Positions 36,214 to 44,994 of a stretch of DNA of 64,000 nt are shown here, piece by piece. The stretch spans positions 4,549 to 68,548 of the forward strand of contig CAMYNG010000014.1 in NCBI GenBank assembly GCA_947259765.1. Direction: 5' to 3'. A program made the position numbers and the translations under genes. The first letter of the stretch is position 1, and each line of letters begins with the position of its first letter. Below the pieces are notes generated by a model, which worked only from the letters and a program-made list of their open reading frames with translations, did no database searches and was not told where the DNA came from. This DNA comes from an uncultured Ectothiorhodospiraceae bacterium. GTDB taxonomy: Bacteria; Pseudomonadota; Gammaproteobacteria; CAMYNG01.

Positions 36214-36600
36214 ATGAGCACAGCAAGTAATTTGGCCTATTCCGCCAACATAAAGAACGAGGAGTTCAAATTAACTCCTGCGGCCGGCGAACAATTAGCA
36301 GCAATTCTTAGCGATGCTGACGAGGGTATTGCGGCAATACGGGTATTTGTCGGCGGTGGTGGGTGCAGTGGAATGACCTATGGCATGACGTTTGCCGAAA
36401 AAGCCACGGAATTTGACAAAACCCTGGAAGGTGAGGGTTACAAGATCTTTGTTGATGCGGTCGCAATGAATTTTCTGCAAGGCTGCGAAATCGATTTTGT
36501 GCAAGAGGGGCTTAACGCCAGTTTTGTCTTTAACAACGTATTCCAGGCCGTGGGTGGCAGCGGTGCCTGTGGAGGTTGTGGAGGAGGCGGTTGCGCCTGA
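36214..36600 (+). CDS. IscA/HesB/ErpA-family Fe-S carrier-like protein with atypical Gly/Cys-rich C-terminal tail (…AVGGSGACGGCGGGGCA)
   Basis: Conserved HesB core (VFVGGGGCSGMTYGMTF; FVDAVAMNFLQGCEIDFVQEGLNASFVFNN). Instead of the canonical C-terminal CGCGxSF, the protein ends in a Gly-rich tail with three Cys. The RBS GGGAGAG sits 6 nt upstream of the ATG at 36214. Confidence 0.75.
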   Translation: MSTASNLAYSANIKNEEFKLTPAAGEQLAAILSDADEGIAAIRVFVGGGGCSGMTYGMTFAEKATEFDKTLEGEGYKIFVDAVAMNFLQGCEIDFVQEGLNASFVFNNVFQAVGGSGACGGCGGGGCA

Positions 36601-36604
36601 GGGT

Positions 36605-37924
36605 GTGAAGCAGAATGCAGTAAACCCGGCCAGCGGAGATCCACCCAGAAAAGCCAGTCGCTGCAAAGACGGTGGCCGCGTCCTGATTATTGCGCCACAC
36701 GGCAGTTATCGAACCGCGCCGTTTATTCGTGCCGCGGAAAATCTTGGATTACCCGTTCTCGTCGCCTCGCAAGGAAGGCATTCTATCGTGAGTGCCTACG
36801 CCAATGGCCTACATATCGATTTTCATGACCCGGACGCGGCATTGGCAACAATTCTTGCGGAAGCCCGTCGTCAGCCGTTTTCCGCCGTTATCGGTACGGA
36901 TGACAGTTCTACGGAGCTGGCAACTCGGGTGTGCGCATTATTGAATTTGCCGCACAATCCGATCGCCGCAGTACAGCTGGCGCGTCGCAAGGACCTGGCT
37001 AGAAAAAGGCTGTCAGAGCAGCACGTGCAGGTACCCGAGCACCGGTTGTTGGATTTGCGCTGTAACTTGCTTGAGCAAGTCGACGGTTTCAGGTTTCCGG
37101 GCGTCATCAAACCGCTGGTTTTGTCCGCCAGTCGTGGCGTCATCCGGGTCAATGATCCTGCAGAGCTACAAACGGCAGCGCAGCGTATTCACGCAATGCT
37201 GTTGCTGGAACCGGGTCTGCAGGATGCAGAGACTCATCAGCTACTCCTTGAGAGCTTCATTGCCGGTCAGGAAGTCGCCGTAGAAGCCATACTTTATGCG
37301 GGCCGGCTCGAACTGCTGGCGGTATTCAATAAGCCCGAAGAGATGAACGGGCCTTTTTTTGAAGAGACTTTTTATGTCACGCCCAGTGGGCTTGACTCGA
37401 CGACGCTGGAAAATCTGCGTGATACTCTCGCCGCGAGTTGTGCCGCCTACGGTTTGCGCGAAGGACCCGTGCACGCCGAGTGCAGGATCAATGCAGCGGG
37501 GGTGTGGGTCATCGAGATCGCGGCACGGACAATCGGCGGTCTATGTGCGCGTTTGTTGCACTTTGGTACCGGACGTACACTGGAAGAACTCGTGCTCGAA
37601 CATGCCATGGGTCGCCGGCAGCCAGTGGAGTCTGGCAAAGATGCCGCCGGGGTACTCATGATCCCCATCCCGCGCGCAGGCGTACTGAAAAGGGTGGAAG
37701 GATTGTTGAAGGCGCGACGCGTTAAGTTTATCGAGGAAATCGACATCCAAATCCGTGAAGGTCATCAGGTGGTACCGTTGCCCGAAGGCTCAAGTTATCT
37801 GGGTTTCGTGTTCTCCAGGGCACCGCACCCTGAGCAAGTATATCTGGCTTTGCAACAGGCTTATGCGTGTCTCAATATTGTTGTCGCGCCGCTTTGGACA
37901 GTGCAGGCGAGACAAGCCGGCTAA
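36605..37924 (+). CDS. ATP-grasp domain ligase (carboxylate-amine ligase-like)
   Basis: Pre-ATP-grasp N-domain (RVLIIAPHGSYRTAPFIRAAENLGLPVLV), then an ATP-grasp core (GFRFPGVIKPLVLSASRGVIRV; ESFIAGQEVAVEAI; EGPVHAECRINAAGVWVIEIAARTIGG). The start is uncertain. The frame is open back to the ATG at 36497, which overlaps the hesB-like gene by 104 nt. GTG at 36605 is the first start after the hesB-like stop. Confidence 0.7.
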   Translation: MKQNAVNPASGDPPRKASRCKDGGRVLIIAPHGSYRTAPFIRAAENLGLPVLVASQGRHSIVSAYANGLHIDFHDPDAALATILAEARRQPFSAVIGTDDSSTELATRVCALLNLPHNPIAAVQLARRKDLARKRLSEQHVQVPEHRLLDLRCNLLEQVDGFRFPGVIKPLVLSASRGVIRVNDPAELQTAAQRIHAMLLLEPGLQDAETHQLLLESFIAGQEVAVEAILYAGRLELLAVFNKPEEMNGPFFEETFYVTPSGLDSTTLENLRDTLAASCAAYGLREGPVHAECRINAAGVWVIEIAARTIGGLCARLLHFGTGRTLEELVLEHAMGRRQPVESGKDAAGVLMIPIPRAGVLKRVEGLLKARRVKFIEEIDIQIREGHQVVPLPEGSSYLGFVFSRAPHPEQVYLALQQAYACLNIVVAPLWTVQARQAG

Positions 37925-37949
37925 TTACGAACCAAATAGAATTTTTCGC

Positions 37950-39017
37950 ATGAAAACTCAAATTCCAGAAACGTACCAGTTGGTTGAAACCAGGTTGCAG
38001 GAGCACATGCCGGATGGCACCACGCGATGCAATTTGTGTCTATGGCGCTGTCGTTTGCGGCATGGCCAACGAGGATTTTGCCAAACGCATGTAAATCGCA
38101 ACGGTACGCTGTATAACCTCTCTTACGGAATTTTGTCTGCCATTGACGTGGGTCCCATCGAGGACAAACCGGTACGTCATTTTCGACCCGGTAGTCGTGT
38201 TATGTCGGTGGGAAGTTACGGTTGTAATTTTCGCTGTGGTGGGTGCCACAATCTGGAAATTTCCTGGGGCGTTGAGGCGCTTGATGAACTGGCGCGCGGC
38301 CAGTCACATGCCGCCTATGTAACGCCGGCACAGCTCGTCGAAGCAGCCCAGCAACACGGGGCCGAGGGCATTGCCTTTACTTACTCGGAACCCGCGGTGT
38401 GGCTGGAATACGTGCTGGACGTTGCGCAGCTGGCGCGCGCTTGTGGCTTGTACACCGTTTATGTTTCCAACAGTTTCGTTACGGATGAAGCGCTGGAGCT
38501 GATTGCCCCCCACATCGATGTGCTGTGCTCTGATGTAAAGAGTATGCAGGATTCGTTTTACGCAGAGATATGCGGCAAGGCGACTGTAGAGCAGGTTTTA
38601 GCCAGCATTGAGAAAGCACACAAACTTGGTATCCACGTTGAAACACGGACTAACATCATCCCTGGTAAAAACGACAACGTGGATACATATCGACGTATTG
38701 CAGAGTGGATACGTGAGCATCTCGGTGCCGATAGTCCTTGGCATATCACTCGGTTTTTTCCGGCCTATAAGCTCGAAAACTTGCCGATGACCCCAGCGGA
38801 ATCCATGTGGCAGGCGCGCGATATTGCCGAACAAGTGGGACTGTCACGTGTTTACGTCTATGATGACAAGGGTTGTGATTGTGCCGATAGCAATCTCCCG
38901 GTGGCCGAGTATCTCGATGCGGACAGTGTTGCGATTCATAAACAGAAACAATGTGCGGCAAGTTGTTGTGGCGAATCAGGTGTGCTGATCAAGAAGTATG
39001 AGCGCGACGCCGGATAG
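37950..39017 (+). CDS. PflA-like radical SAM enzyme of the AmmeMemoRadiSam-system type (N-terminal Cys-ribbon + CX3CX2C), with extra C-terminal Cys cluster
   Basis: TRCNLCLWRCRL..GFCQTHVNRNGTLYNLSYG...DVGPIEDKPVRHFRPGSRVMSVGSYGCNFRCGGCHNLEIS matches the signature of TIGR04337-type radical SAM activases. The C-terminus carries CDCADS...CAASCCGE. The ATG at 37950 is 25 nt after the ATP-grasp stop. Confidence 0.75.
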   Translation: MKTQIPETYQLVETRLQEHMPDGTTRCNLCLWRCRLRHGQRGFCQTHVNRNGTLYNLSYGILSAIDVGPIEDKPVRHFRPGSRVMSVGSYGCNFRCGGCHNLEISWGVEALDELARGQSHAAYVTPAQLVEAAQQHGAEGIAFTYSEPAVWLEYVLDVAQLARACGLYTVYVSNSFVTDEALELIAPHIDVLCSDVKSMQDSFYAEICGKATVEQVLASIEKAHKLGIHVETRTNIIPGKNDNVDTYRRIAEWIREHLGADSPWHITRFFPAYKLENLPMTPAESMWQARDIAEQVGLSRVYVYDDKGCDCADSNLPVAEYLDADSVAIHKQKQCAASCCGESGVLIKKYERDAG

Positions 39018-39156
39018 TTGAAGATTTTTCGGTCGATGGATTTGCTGGCCTCAATTTTTCCTGAACCATCCGTATTTCCGGGTTACACTTCCCGCTACAT
39101 CTGAAACAAAGCCGTCACCTCTAATTTATAGAAGCAGGTTTGCCTTGAGCCCCTGA

Positions 39157-39933
39157 ATGGACAACGAAATTCATCCAACGGCGCTGGTGTCGCCTAATGC
39201 AGTTTTAGGAACAGGGAATACCGTTGGGCCGTTTGTTGTCATCGAGGCCGGTGTTGCCTTGGGCAATGACAATTCCGTGGCAGGCCACAGTGTTCTTAAA
39301 TCCGGCACTACCCTGGGTGATCGTAACGTCCTGGCAGAACATGCGGTGCTGGGTGGAGCACCGCAGGATCTGGGTTTTGATATCACGATGAGTACGCGAT
39401 TGCTTATCGGTGACGACAATACGTTTCGCGAATATGTCACGGTTCACCGTGCGTCGAAGTGCGATGCCGCAACACAGATTGGCAAGCACAATTTTTTTAT
39501 GAACGGAGCGCACATTGCGCACGATTGCGAGTTCGGTGATAGGATAATCGTTGCACCCTTTGCCGCTTTTGGAGGTCACGTGCGCGTCGACAATTTCGCA
39601 TTTATTTCTGGAGGCGTCATGGTGCATCAGTTTTCCAAGATCGGCCGAAACGCCATGATCGGCGGCAACAGCAAGATCACCCAGGATGTTTTGCCGTACA
39701 TGATCACGGATGGTGTTCCTGGCAAAGTGAGGGGTTTAAACAGCGTCGGCCTGCGCCGCGCTGGTTTTTCGCCGGCGGAAATGCGTTCCTTAAAGGCGGC
39801 CTTTCAGCTCATGTTCGGTTCCGTTAGGAGTAAGGAAGATTTGATTACCGAGTTAAACGGCATGGAATCGGATCATTGTCGCCACCTTGCGGACTTTGTT
39901 TCCACCTCCCGGCGCGGCTTCCACCGTGTCTGA
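39157..39933 (+). CDS. lpxA: Acyl-ACP--UDP-N-acetylglucosamine O-acyltransferase LpxA-family protein (hexapeptide-repeat left-handed beta-helix + C-terminal helical domain)
   Basis: 258 aa. Hexapeptide repeats and conserved catalytic-region motifs (FMNGAHIAHDCEFGD; HQFSKIGRNAMIGG; GLNSVGLRRAGFSPAEMRSLKAAFQLMF) align with E. coli LpxA. The location next to fabA-fabB is unusual. Confidence 0.75.
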   Translation: MDNEIHPTALVSPNAVLGTGNTVGPFVVIEAGVALGNDNSVAGHSVLKSGTTLGDRNVLAEHAVLGGAPQDLGFDITMSTRLLIGDDNTFREYVTVHRASKCDAATQIGKHNFFMNGAHIAHDCEFGDRIIVAPFAAFGGHVRVDNFAFISGGVMVHQFSKIGRNAMIGGNSKITQDVLPYMITDGVPGKVRGLNSVGLRRAGFSPAEMRSLKAAFQLMFGSVRSKEDLITELNGMESDHCRHLADFVSTSRRGFHRV

Positions 39934-40120
39934 CTCGTTTGGGTGGAAATAATTTCCCTGCTGAACGCCTTTATTTCAACGGGTTGCCTACGTAGAATAC
40001 CGCTCTTGATACTTGGTCGGTGCGGAAATATCAGCGGCCGGCAATTCCCGGTCCACCACTTGGGTTTTGTATGTACCCTTGCCCCCGGTGATGGGTAACG
40101 AATTAATCGAATATTAGAAA

Positions 40121-40657
40121 ATGGAAAACGTGGTCGCAAAATTCGAGAAAAAGAACGCCTATTCCTACGAGGAATTAATTCAGTGTGGCCATGGCAAACT
40201 GTTCGGCGCCGGAAATGCTCAGCTGCCGCTGCCGCCCATGTTGATGTTTGATCGCATACCGGTCATTACCGAGACAGCCGGGGCTTACGGCAAGGGGGAA
40301 ATTGTCGCGGAGCTTGATGTAAATCCGGACCTGTGGTTTTTCGCCTGTCATTTTGAAGGTGATCCGGTCATGCCCGGTTGCCTTGGGCTTGATGCGTTGT
40401 GGCAGCTGCTCGGTTTTTACCTGGGCTGGCTCGGGGGACCGGGCCACGGCCGCGCACTTGGTGCAGGCGAGGTCAAGTTTGGTGGCCAGGTCATACCCGA
40501 TACAAAACGGGTGACCTATCGCATCGATATCAAACGCATCATAATGCGGAAACTTTTTATGGGTATTGCCGACGCGCGTATGGAAGCGGATGGCCGTGAG
40601 ATCTATACCGCCAAGGATCTGCGCGTAGGCCTGTTCACTTCAACCGAAGGTATGTAA
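40121..40657 (+). CDS. fabA: 3-hydroxydecanoyl-ACP dehydratase/isomerase FabA
   Basis: [33 protein letters not shown] hot-dog active-site region, nearly identical to FabA consensus. Confidence 0.95.
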   Translation: MENVVAKFEKKNAYSYEELIQCGHGKLFGAGNAQLPLPPMLMFDRIPVITETAGAYGKGEIVAELDVNPDLWFFACHFEGDPVMPGCLGLDALWQLLGFYLGWLGGPGHGRALGAGEVKFGGQVIPDTKRVTYRIDIKRIIMRKLFMGIADARMEADGREIYTAKDLRVGLFTSTEGM

Positions 40658-40662
40658 AAACA

Positions 40663-41883
40663 ATGGCTTTGCGACGTGTTGCAGTTACCGGCCTGGGGAT
40701 CATTTCCAGCATTGGTAGCAACAAAACAGAGGTTACCGATGCGCTACGTGCCGGGCGCTCAGGGATTGAATTTTGCCAGGATTACGCTGACCGTGGATTT
40801 CGCTCACAGGTGCACGGTTCTCTAAAGGTGGAGCCGAATGATCTGATAGATCGTAAGCTGCGTCGTTTTATGGGCGATTCGGCTGCGTTCAACTATCTGG
40901 CCATGCAGGAGGCCGTTGCGGATTCCGGACTGAAGCCTGACGAAATTTCCCACGAACGCACCGGTCTTGTGGTTGGATCCGGGGGAACCTCGACCGAGAA
41001 TATCGTGCTTGCGGCGGACATTGCGCGTGAAAAAGGTGTGAAGCGGGTGGGGCCTTACATGGTGACCCGTACCATGGCCAGTACCAACTCGGCCTGTCTG
41101 GCAACCGCGTTCAAGATTAAGGGTGTCAACTATTCCATGAGTTCGGCGTGCTCCACCAGCGCGCATTGCGTCGGTCATGGTGCCGAGTTGATCCAGATGG
41201 GCAAGCAGGATGTTGTCTTTGCTGGCGGGGGTGAGGAATTACACTGGACCCTTTCGGTGTTGTTTGATGCCATGGGTGCTCTGTCCTCAAAGTATAACGA
41301 CACTCCGGATCGTGCCTCGCGTGCCTACGACGTGGATCGCGATGGGTTCGTCATTTCCGGCGGCGGTGGGGTGATAGTGCTCGAGGAACTGGAGCGGGCG
41401 CGGCAGCGGGGTGCAAATATCTATGCCGAGTTGGTGGGATACGGTGCCAACTCTGACGGCTACGACATGGTTCAGCCATCGGGCGAGGGCGCAGCACGCT
41501 GCATGCGCTTGGCTTTACAGGATGTTGATTTGCCGATTGACTACATCAATGCCCACGGCACCAGTACGCCGGTCGGTGATATGCGCGAGCTGGAAGCTAT
41601 AAAGACGGTGTTTGCCGATCGGATCCCGCCGATCAGTTCAACCAAATCGCTAACGGGACACGCGCTTGGCGCGGCCGGCGTTAACGAGGCGATCTATTCC
41701 TTGTTAATGATGAACGATTCCTTTATTTCCGCATCCGCCAACATTGATAATCTGGATCCCGAGGCGGATGGTTTCCCCATCGTGCAAACCTGCCAGGAAA
41801 CGCAGTTAAACTGTATCATGTCGAACAGTTTCGGTTTCGGTGGCACCAATGCGAGTTTGATATTCAAACGGTCGGCTGACTAA
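40663..41883 (+). CDS. fabB: Beta-ketoacyl-ACP synthase I FabB
   Basis: 406 aa. KAS I motifs are present (active Cys in [16 protein letters not shown], His in [18 protein letters not shown]). Confidence 0.95.
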   Translation: MALRRVAVTGLGIISSIGSNKTEVTDALRAGRSGIEFCQDYADRGFRSQVHGSLKVEPNDLIDRKLRRFMGDSAAFNYLAMQEAVADSGLKPDEISHERTGLVVGSGGTSTENIVLAADIAREKGVKRVGPYMVTRTMASTNSACLATAFKIKGVNYSMSSACSTSAHCVGHGAELIQMGKQDVVFAGGGEELHWTLSVLFDAMGALSSKYNDTPDRASRAYDVDRDGFVISGGGGVIVLEELERARQRGANIYAELVGYGANSDGYDMVQPSGEGAARCMRLALQDVDLPIDYINAHGTSTPVGDMRELEAIKTVFADRIPPISSTKSLTGHALGAAGVNEAIYSLLMMNDSFISASANIDNLDPEADGFPIVQTCQETQLNCIMSNSFGFGGTNASLIFKRSAD

Positions 41884-42058
41884 ATCGATTGTTCTCGGGT
41901 TTTCCGGCTTAGTAACCTGGCTCGAATGTATTGCAGTATCGTTGTCTATTACGGCTGGACTCATTTCCGCCAATTTTGTCCCGTGTGACGTAAATCCGGT
42001 ATTGCGAAATGGAATTTTCCGAACGGGAGACACGGAACGAATTTTTTAAATTCCACCG

Positions 42059-43228
42059 ATGATCGATGACTCCATAGTCTTTCTTGTCTTTGTCGTATTT
42101 ACCGGTGCCGCAGTTTTGGCGACCATCGCCCTGTACGCCCGACAATCCCTTATCGTTGCCTACATCCTTCTTGGTGTCCTACTGGGGCCGTCTGTTTTCA
42201 AGGTCATTAACGATATCGAGTCGATTCGCGAAATATCGCACTTCGGGATTATTTTTCTTCTGTTTCTCCTGGGTCTTGATCTGGATCCGCAACGTTTGCG
42301 GCGGATGCTCGGCAAGGCTTTTATAGTTACTCTGGGTAGTTCACTGGTTTTCGCGGCCATCGGCCTGGGTGTAACGTTCGGTTTCGGTTTCAATCTAACT
42401 GATAGCGTAATTGTTGGTTTCGCCATGATGTTTTCCAGCACCATCATTGGCTTGAAATTGTTACCGACCACGGTACTGCACCACAAGCACATGGGCGAAA
42501 TTATCATCAGCGTGCTGTTGCTGCAGGATTTACTAGCCATCGTCGTGCTTATTGTGCTTAACACAATGGGGCAGGATGGCGAACTCATCGCCCGCCTGTC
42601 GTATGCGGCATTGGCGCTACCAGCAGTTATTGTACTGGCCATCCTGGTAGAGCGTTTTGTTCTTAATCGTCTGTTGGCGCGTTTTGACACCATTCGTGAG
42701 TACATCTTTCTGGTGGCCATTGGCTGGTGTATGGGAATAGCCAAACTAGCGGAGTTTGTAGGACTCTCGTACGAAATCGGTGCTTTTGTCGCCGGGGTTT
42801 CCCTGGCCTCACGGCCTATTGCCATGTATATCACCGAGAGTTTGAAACCTTTGCGTGATTTTTTCCTTATTTTGTTTTTCTTTACCCTGGGTGCGCAGTT
42901 CGATCTGCGTGGACTTGGTGGAGTTATCTACCCGGCACTGGTACTGGCGGCGGCTGCCTTACTGGGCAAGCCAATAGTATTCGGTTGGCTGCTGACAAGG
43001 AGTAAAGAAGAGCCCCGTCTCGCGCGCGAGGCAGGTGTAAGACTGGGGCAAGTGAGCGAATTTTCGCTGTTGATCGCGCTGTTAGGCACCCAGATTGGCG
43101 TGATGAGCACACTGGCTTCGGAGCTGGTGCAGGTGACTATGTTATTGACCTTCGTCGTGTCGTCGTACTACATCGTGATGAAATACCCGACGCCTATTGC
43201 AGTTTCGGATCGGCTTCGGCGAGACTAA
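42059..43228 (+). CDS. Cation:proton antiporter (CPA family, Kef/NhaP-like membrane domain only)
   Basis: 389 aa with ~11 TM helices. Motifs typical of CPA2 are present (GIIFLLFLLGLDLDPQRL; SEFSLLIAL). Confidence 0.8.
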   Translation: MIDDSIVFLVFVVFTGAAVLATIALYARQSLIVAYILLGVLLGPSVFKVINDIESIREISHFGIIFLLFLLGLDLDPQRLRRMLGKAFIVTLGSSLVFAAIGLGVTFGFGFNLTDSVIVGFAMMFSSTIIGLKLLPTTVLHHKHMGEIIISVLLLQDLLAIVVLIVLNTMGQDGELIARLSYAALALPAVIVLAILVERFVLNRLLARFDTIREYIFLVAIGWCMGIAKLAEFVGLSYEIGAFVAGVSLASRPIAMYITESLKPLRDFFLILFFFTLGAQFDLRGLGGVIYPALVLAAAALLGKPIVFGWLLTRSKEEPRLAREAGVRLGQVSEFSLLIALLGTQIGVMSTLASELVQVTMLLTFVVSSYYIVMKYPTPIAVSDRLRRD

Positions 43229-43271
43229 TTTCGTGATTGAACTTTACGCGACTTGAAGATACGGGAAACTG

Positions 43272-43299
43272 ATTTCGGTTTTCGATTGTGGACCGAAAT
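43272..43299. terminator. Candidate bidirectional hairpin between convergent antiporter and membrane-protein genes
   Basis: 8-bp stem ATTTCGGT / ACCGAAAT with a 12-nt loop, in the 112-nt convergent intergenic region. Confidence 0.3.
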
Positions 43300-43340
43300 A
43301 CGATCGTGCGATCCAGCGTTTAGGTTTTCAGTTCCGAGAA

Positions 43341-44246
43341 CTATTCCAGCTGAGGTTTTTCCACGGGTGTTTGTGCGCTTACTTCACCCCCCGACCCTGG
43401 TTGTGATTTTGGTATCTTAATTTTGATCACCTTCTGTGTCATTGATGGAGGTAAAATGTCGAGTACCTCGATGAGGTGATAGTTTCTCAAGTCAAGTACG
43501 CCGACAAGCCATTGAAAACGGGAACGCAACTCCAAATAGATAAAGTGCTTTGTATCATCGTTGTATTGTCGCAGAAAATCGTCGAAGATTTTTCTATCTT
43601 CAGGCCGGTCGGCGAGATAGGAATCCATATCAATGGCGTGTTTGAGTATCCTGTCAATATTTTTTTCACTGATAGGTTGAAAGAGCTCGCCCACAAGGTA
43701 TATCGGTCTGCGTTCCCGACGTGACTTCTGAACCAGTTCAGAATACGCAGTGAGATCTTCGGGAACGTCCACAAACGCGATCGGGGGGTTGTTAGTGCCG
43801 TACTGATCAAGGGTATCTAGATCGATTCCGGCCTCAATAACCTGATAAGCGGGAATGGGGTGCAAGCGATCCCCAGTAAACGTAATCAGCACGGGGTGCT
43901 CTCCATAGACAACCCAGATACCGGAAACCAGCGCACCAAACTGGATGGCGGCTATGAGGCTCATATCAAGCTTGATGTGCGGTTTGTTTTTTCTGTATAC
44001 AATGAGAGTGAGCAACGGTCCAAGCACGATGTCGACGGCCGCGATTAGCCGTATGCCTTCCCAGCCACCGTCGGTGTGGAACAGGGGTACGGGATACCAG
44101 TGAAGTACGATCAGATACAGAAGCACAAAGAAAATGACAAGGCTAATGCCAAGGTGAATGAGAAAGGCATAGATCTTGTCGCGGGTAAAAAAACGACTCA
44201 GTAACATGGTTCTAGATCTCCGGTGTTTTCCTGCAAATTCCCCCAT
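43341..44246 (-). CDS. Membrane protein, possibly TfpX/TfpZ-like type IV pilin accessory family
   Basis: Two N-terminal TM helices with HLGISLVIFFVLLYLIVLHWYPVPLFHTDGGWEGIRLIAAVDIVLGPLLTLIVY. From memory this resembles TfpZ-family N-termini. Assignment is tentative. Confidence 0.4.
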   Translation of the reverse strand: MGEFAGKHRRSRTMLLSRFFTRDKIYAFLIHLGISLVIFFVLLYLIVLHWYPVPLFHTDGGWEGIRLIAAVDIVLGPLLTLIVYRKNKPHIKLDMSLIAAIQFGALVSGIWVVYGEHPVLITFTGDRLHPIPAYQVIEAGIDLDTLDQYGTNNPPIAFVDVPEDLTAYSELVQKSRRERRPIYLVGELFQPISEKNIDRILKHAIDMDSYLADRPEDRKIFDDFLRQYNDDTKHFIYLELRSRFQWLVGVLDLRNYHLIEVLDILPPSMTQKVIKIKIPKSQPGSGGEVSAQTPVEKPQLE

Positions 44247-44299
44247 AATTTCGGTATGAGCGGAAAAAAATTTAGCAAATTTAGAGAAATTTTAAAAGG

Positions 44300-44863
44300 A
44301 TGGTGATGTCAGTTTTTAAGTCGGGACTTTTTACTCGCAGGAGAGTGCGAACTATCGTGATGCTGTTGGTATTTGTGCTGGTGTTTTTTGCCATGCGGGC
44401 GTATCAGCAACGTGATCTGGTGCGTAAGGAGATGCCCGAGCTGACGGGAACCAGCTTCACTGGGCATCAGGTTAGCCTTGCAGGTATCACCGAGCCCACT
44501 CTGGTTTATTTCTGGGCCGGTTGGTGTCCGGTGTGCAAACTTCAAAGCCCGGTGATCCGAAAGCTGGCGCAAGACCATCCGGTGATCGCGGTGGCTATGC
44601 AGACCGAAGAGGAAGAAATTCGCGAATTCTTGGCCGAAGCACAAGCCAGTTTGCCGGTACTGCCGGATCCAGGCGGCATTATTGCGCGGCGATTTGGCGT
44701 GCGTGGTGTGCCCGCCATTTTTATTGTTTCGCCGGGGGGTGAGATACGCTTCTCCGAAGTAGGCTACACTACCGGCCCCGGTTTGAGGTTGCGGCTTTGG
44801 TGGGCAGCCCGCGACAAGAAGAAAAGCGCTATTGTATCTACAGCGCAAGACTCGCCCACATAA
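44300..44863 (+). CDS. Thioredoxin-fold thiol:disulfide oxidoreductase (TlpA/ResA-like), membrane-anchored
   Basis: TM anchor, then TLVYFWAGWCPVCKLQSPV (WCxxC motif) and a downstream cis-Pro region VPAIFIVSPGG. Confidence 0.8.
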   Translation: MVMSVFKSGLFTRRRVRTIVMLLVFVLVFFAMRAYQQRDLVRKEMPELTGTSFTGHQVSLAGITEPTLVYFWAGWCPVCKLQSPVIRKLAQDHPVIAVAMQTEEEEIREFLAEAQASLPVLPDPGGIIARRFGVRGVPAIFIVSPGGEIRFSEVGYTTGPGLRLRLWWAARDKKKSAIVSTAQDSPT

Positions 44864-44994
44864 TTCTAAAAGATTTCGCGAATTCACTAATGAGCCGTTT
44901 CCTAAGGCTGCAGTGTGGTTGCCGGTAGGCTATTGTTAGCTGCCCCGAAAATTCGCAAAGCAATCGTTTCCAGACCGAAATTAATACGACAGGC

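Noticed and set aside
36598-36620. Short ORF 'ATG CAG TAA' (36615-36623) right after the hesB-like stop
   Set aside because: Two-codon ORF. Almost certainly chance, though it sits in the start-ambiguity region of the ATP-grasp gene.
42160-42834. 224-aa ORF antisense to the cation:proton antiporter
   Set aside because: Antisense to a multi-TM coding region. Ser/Arg/Met-rich low-complexity product.
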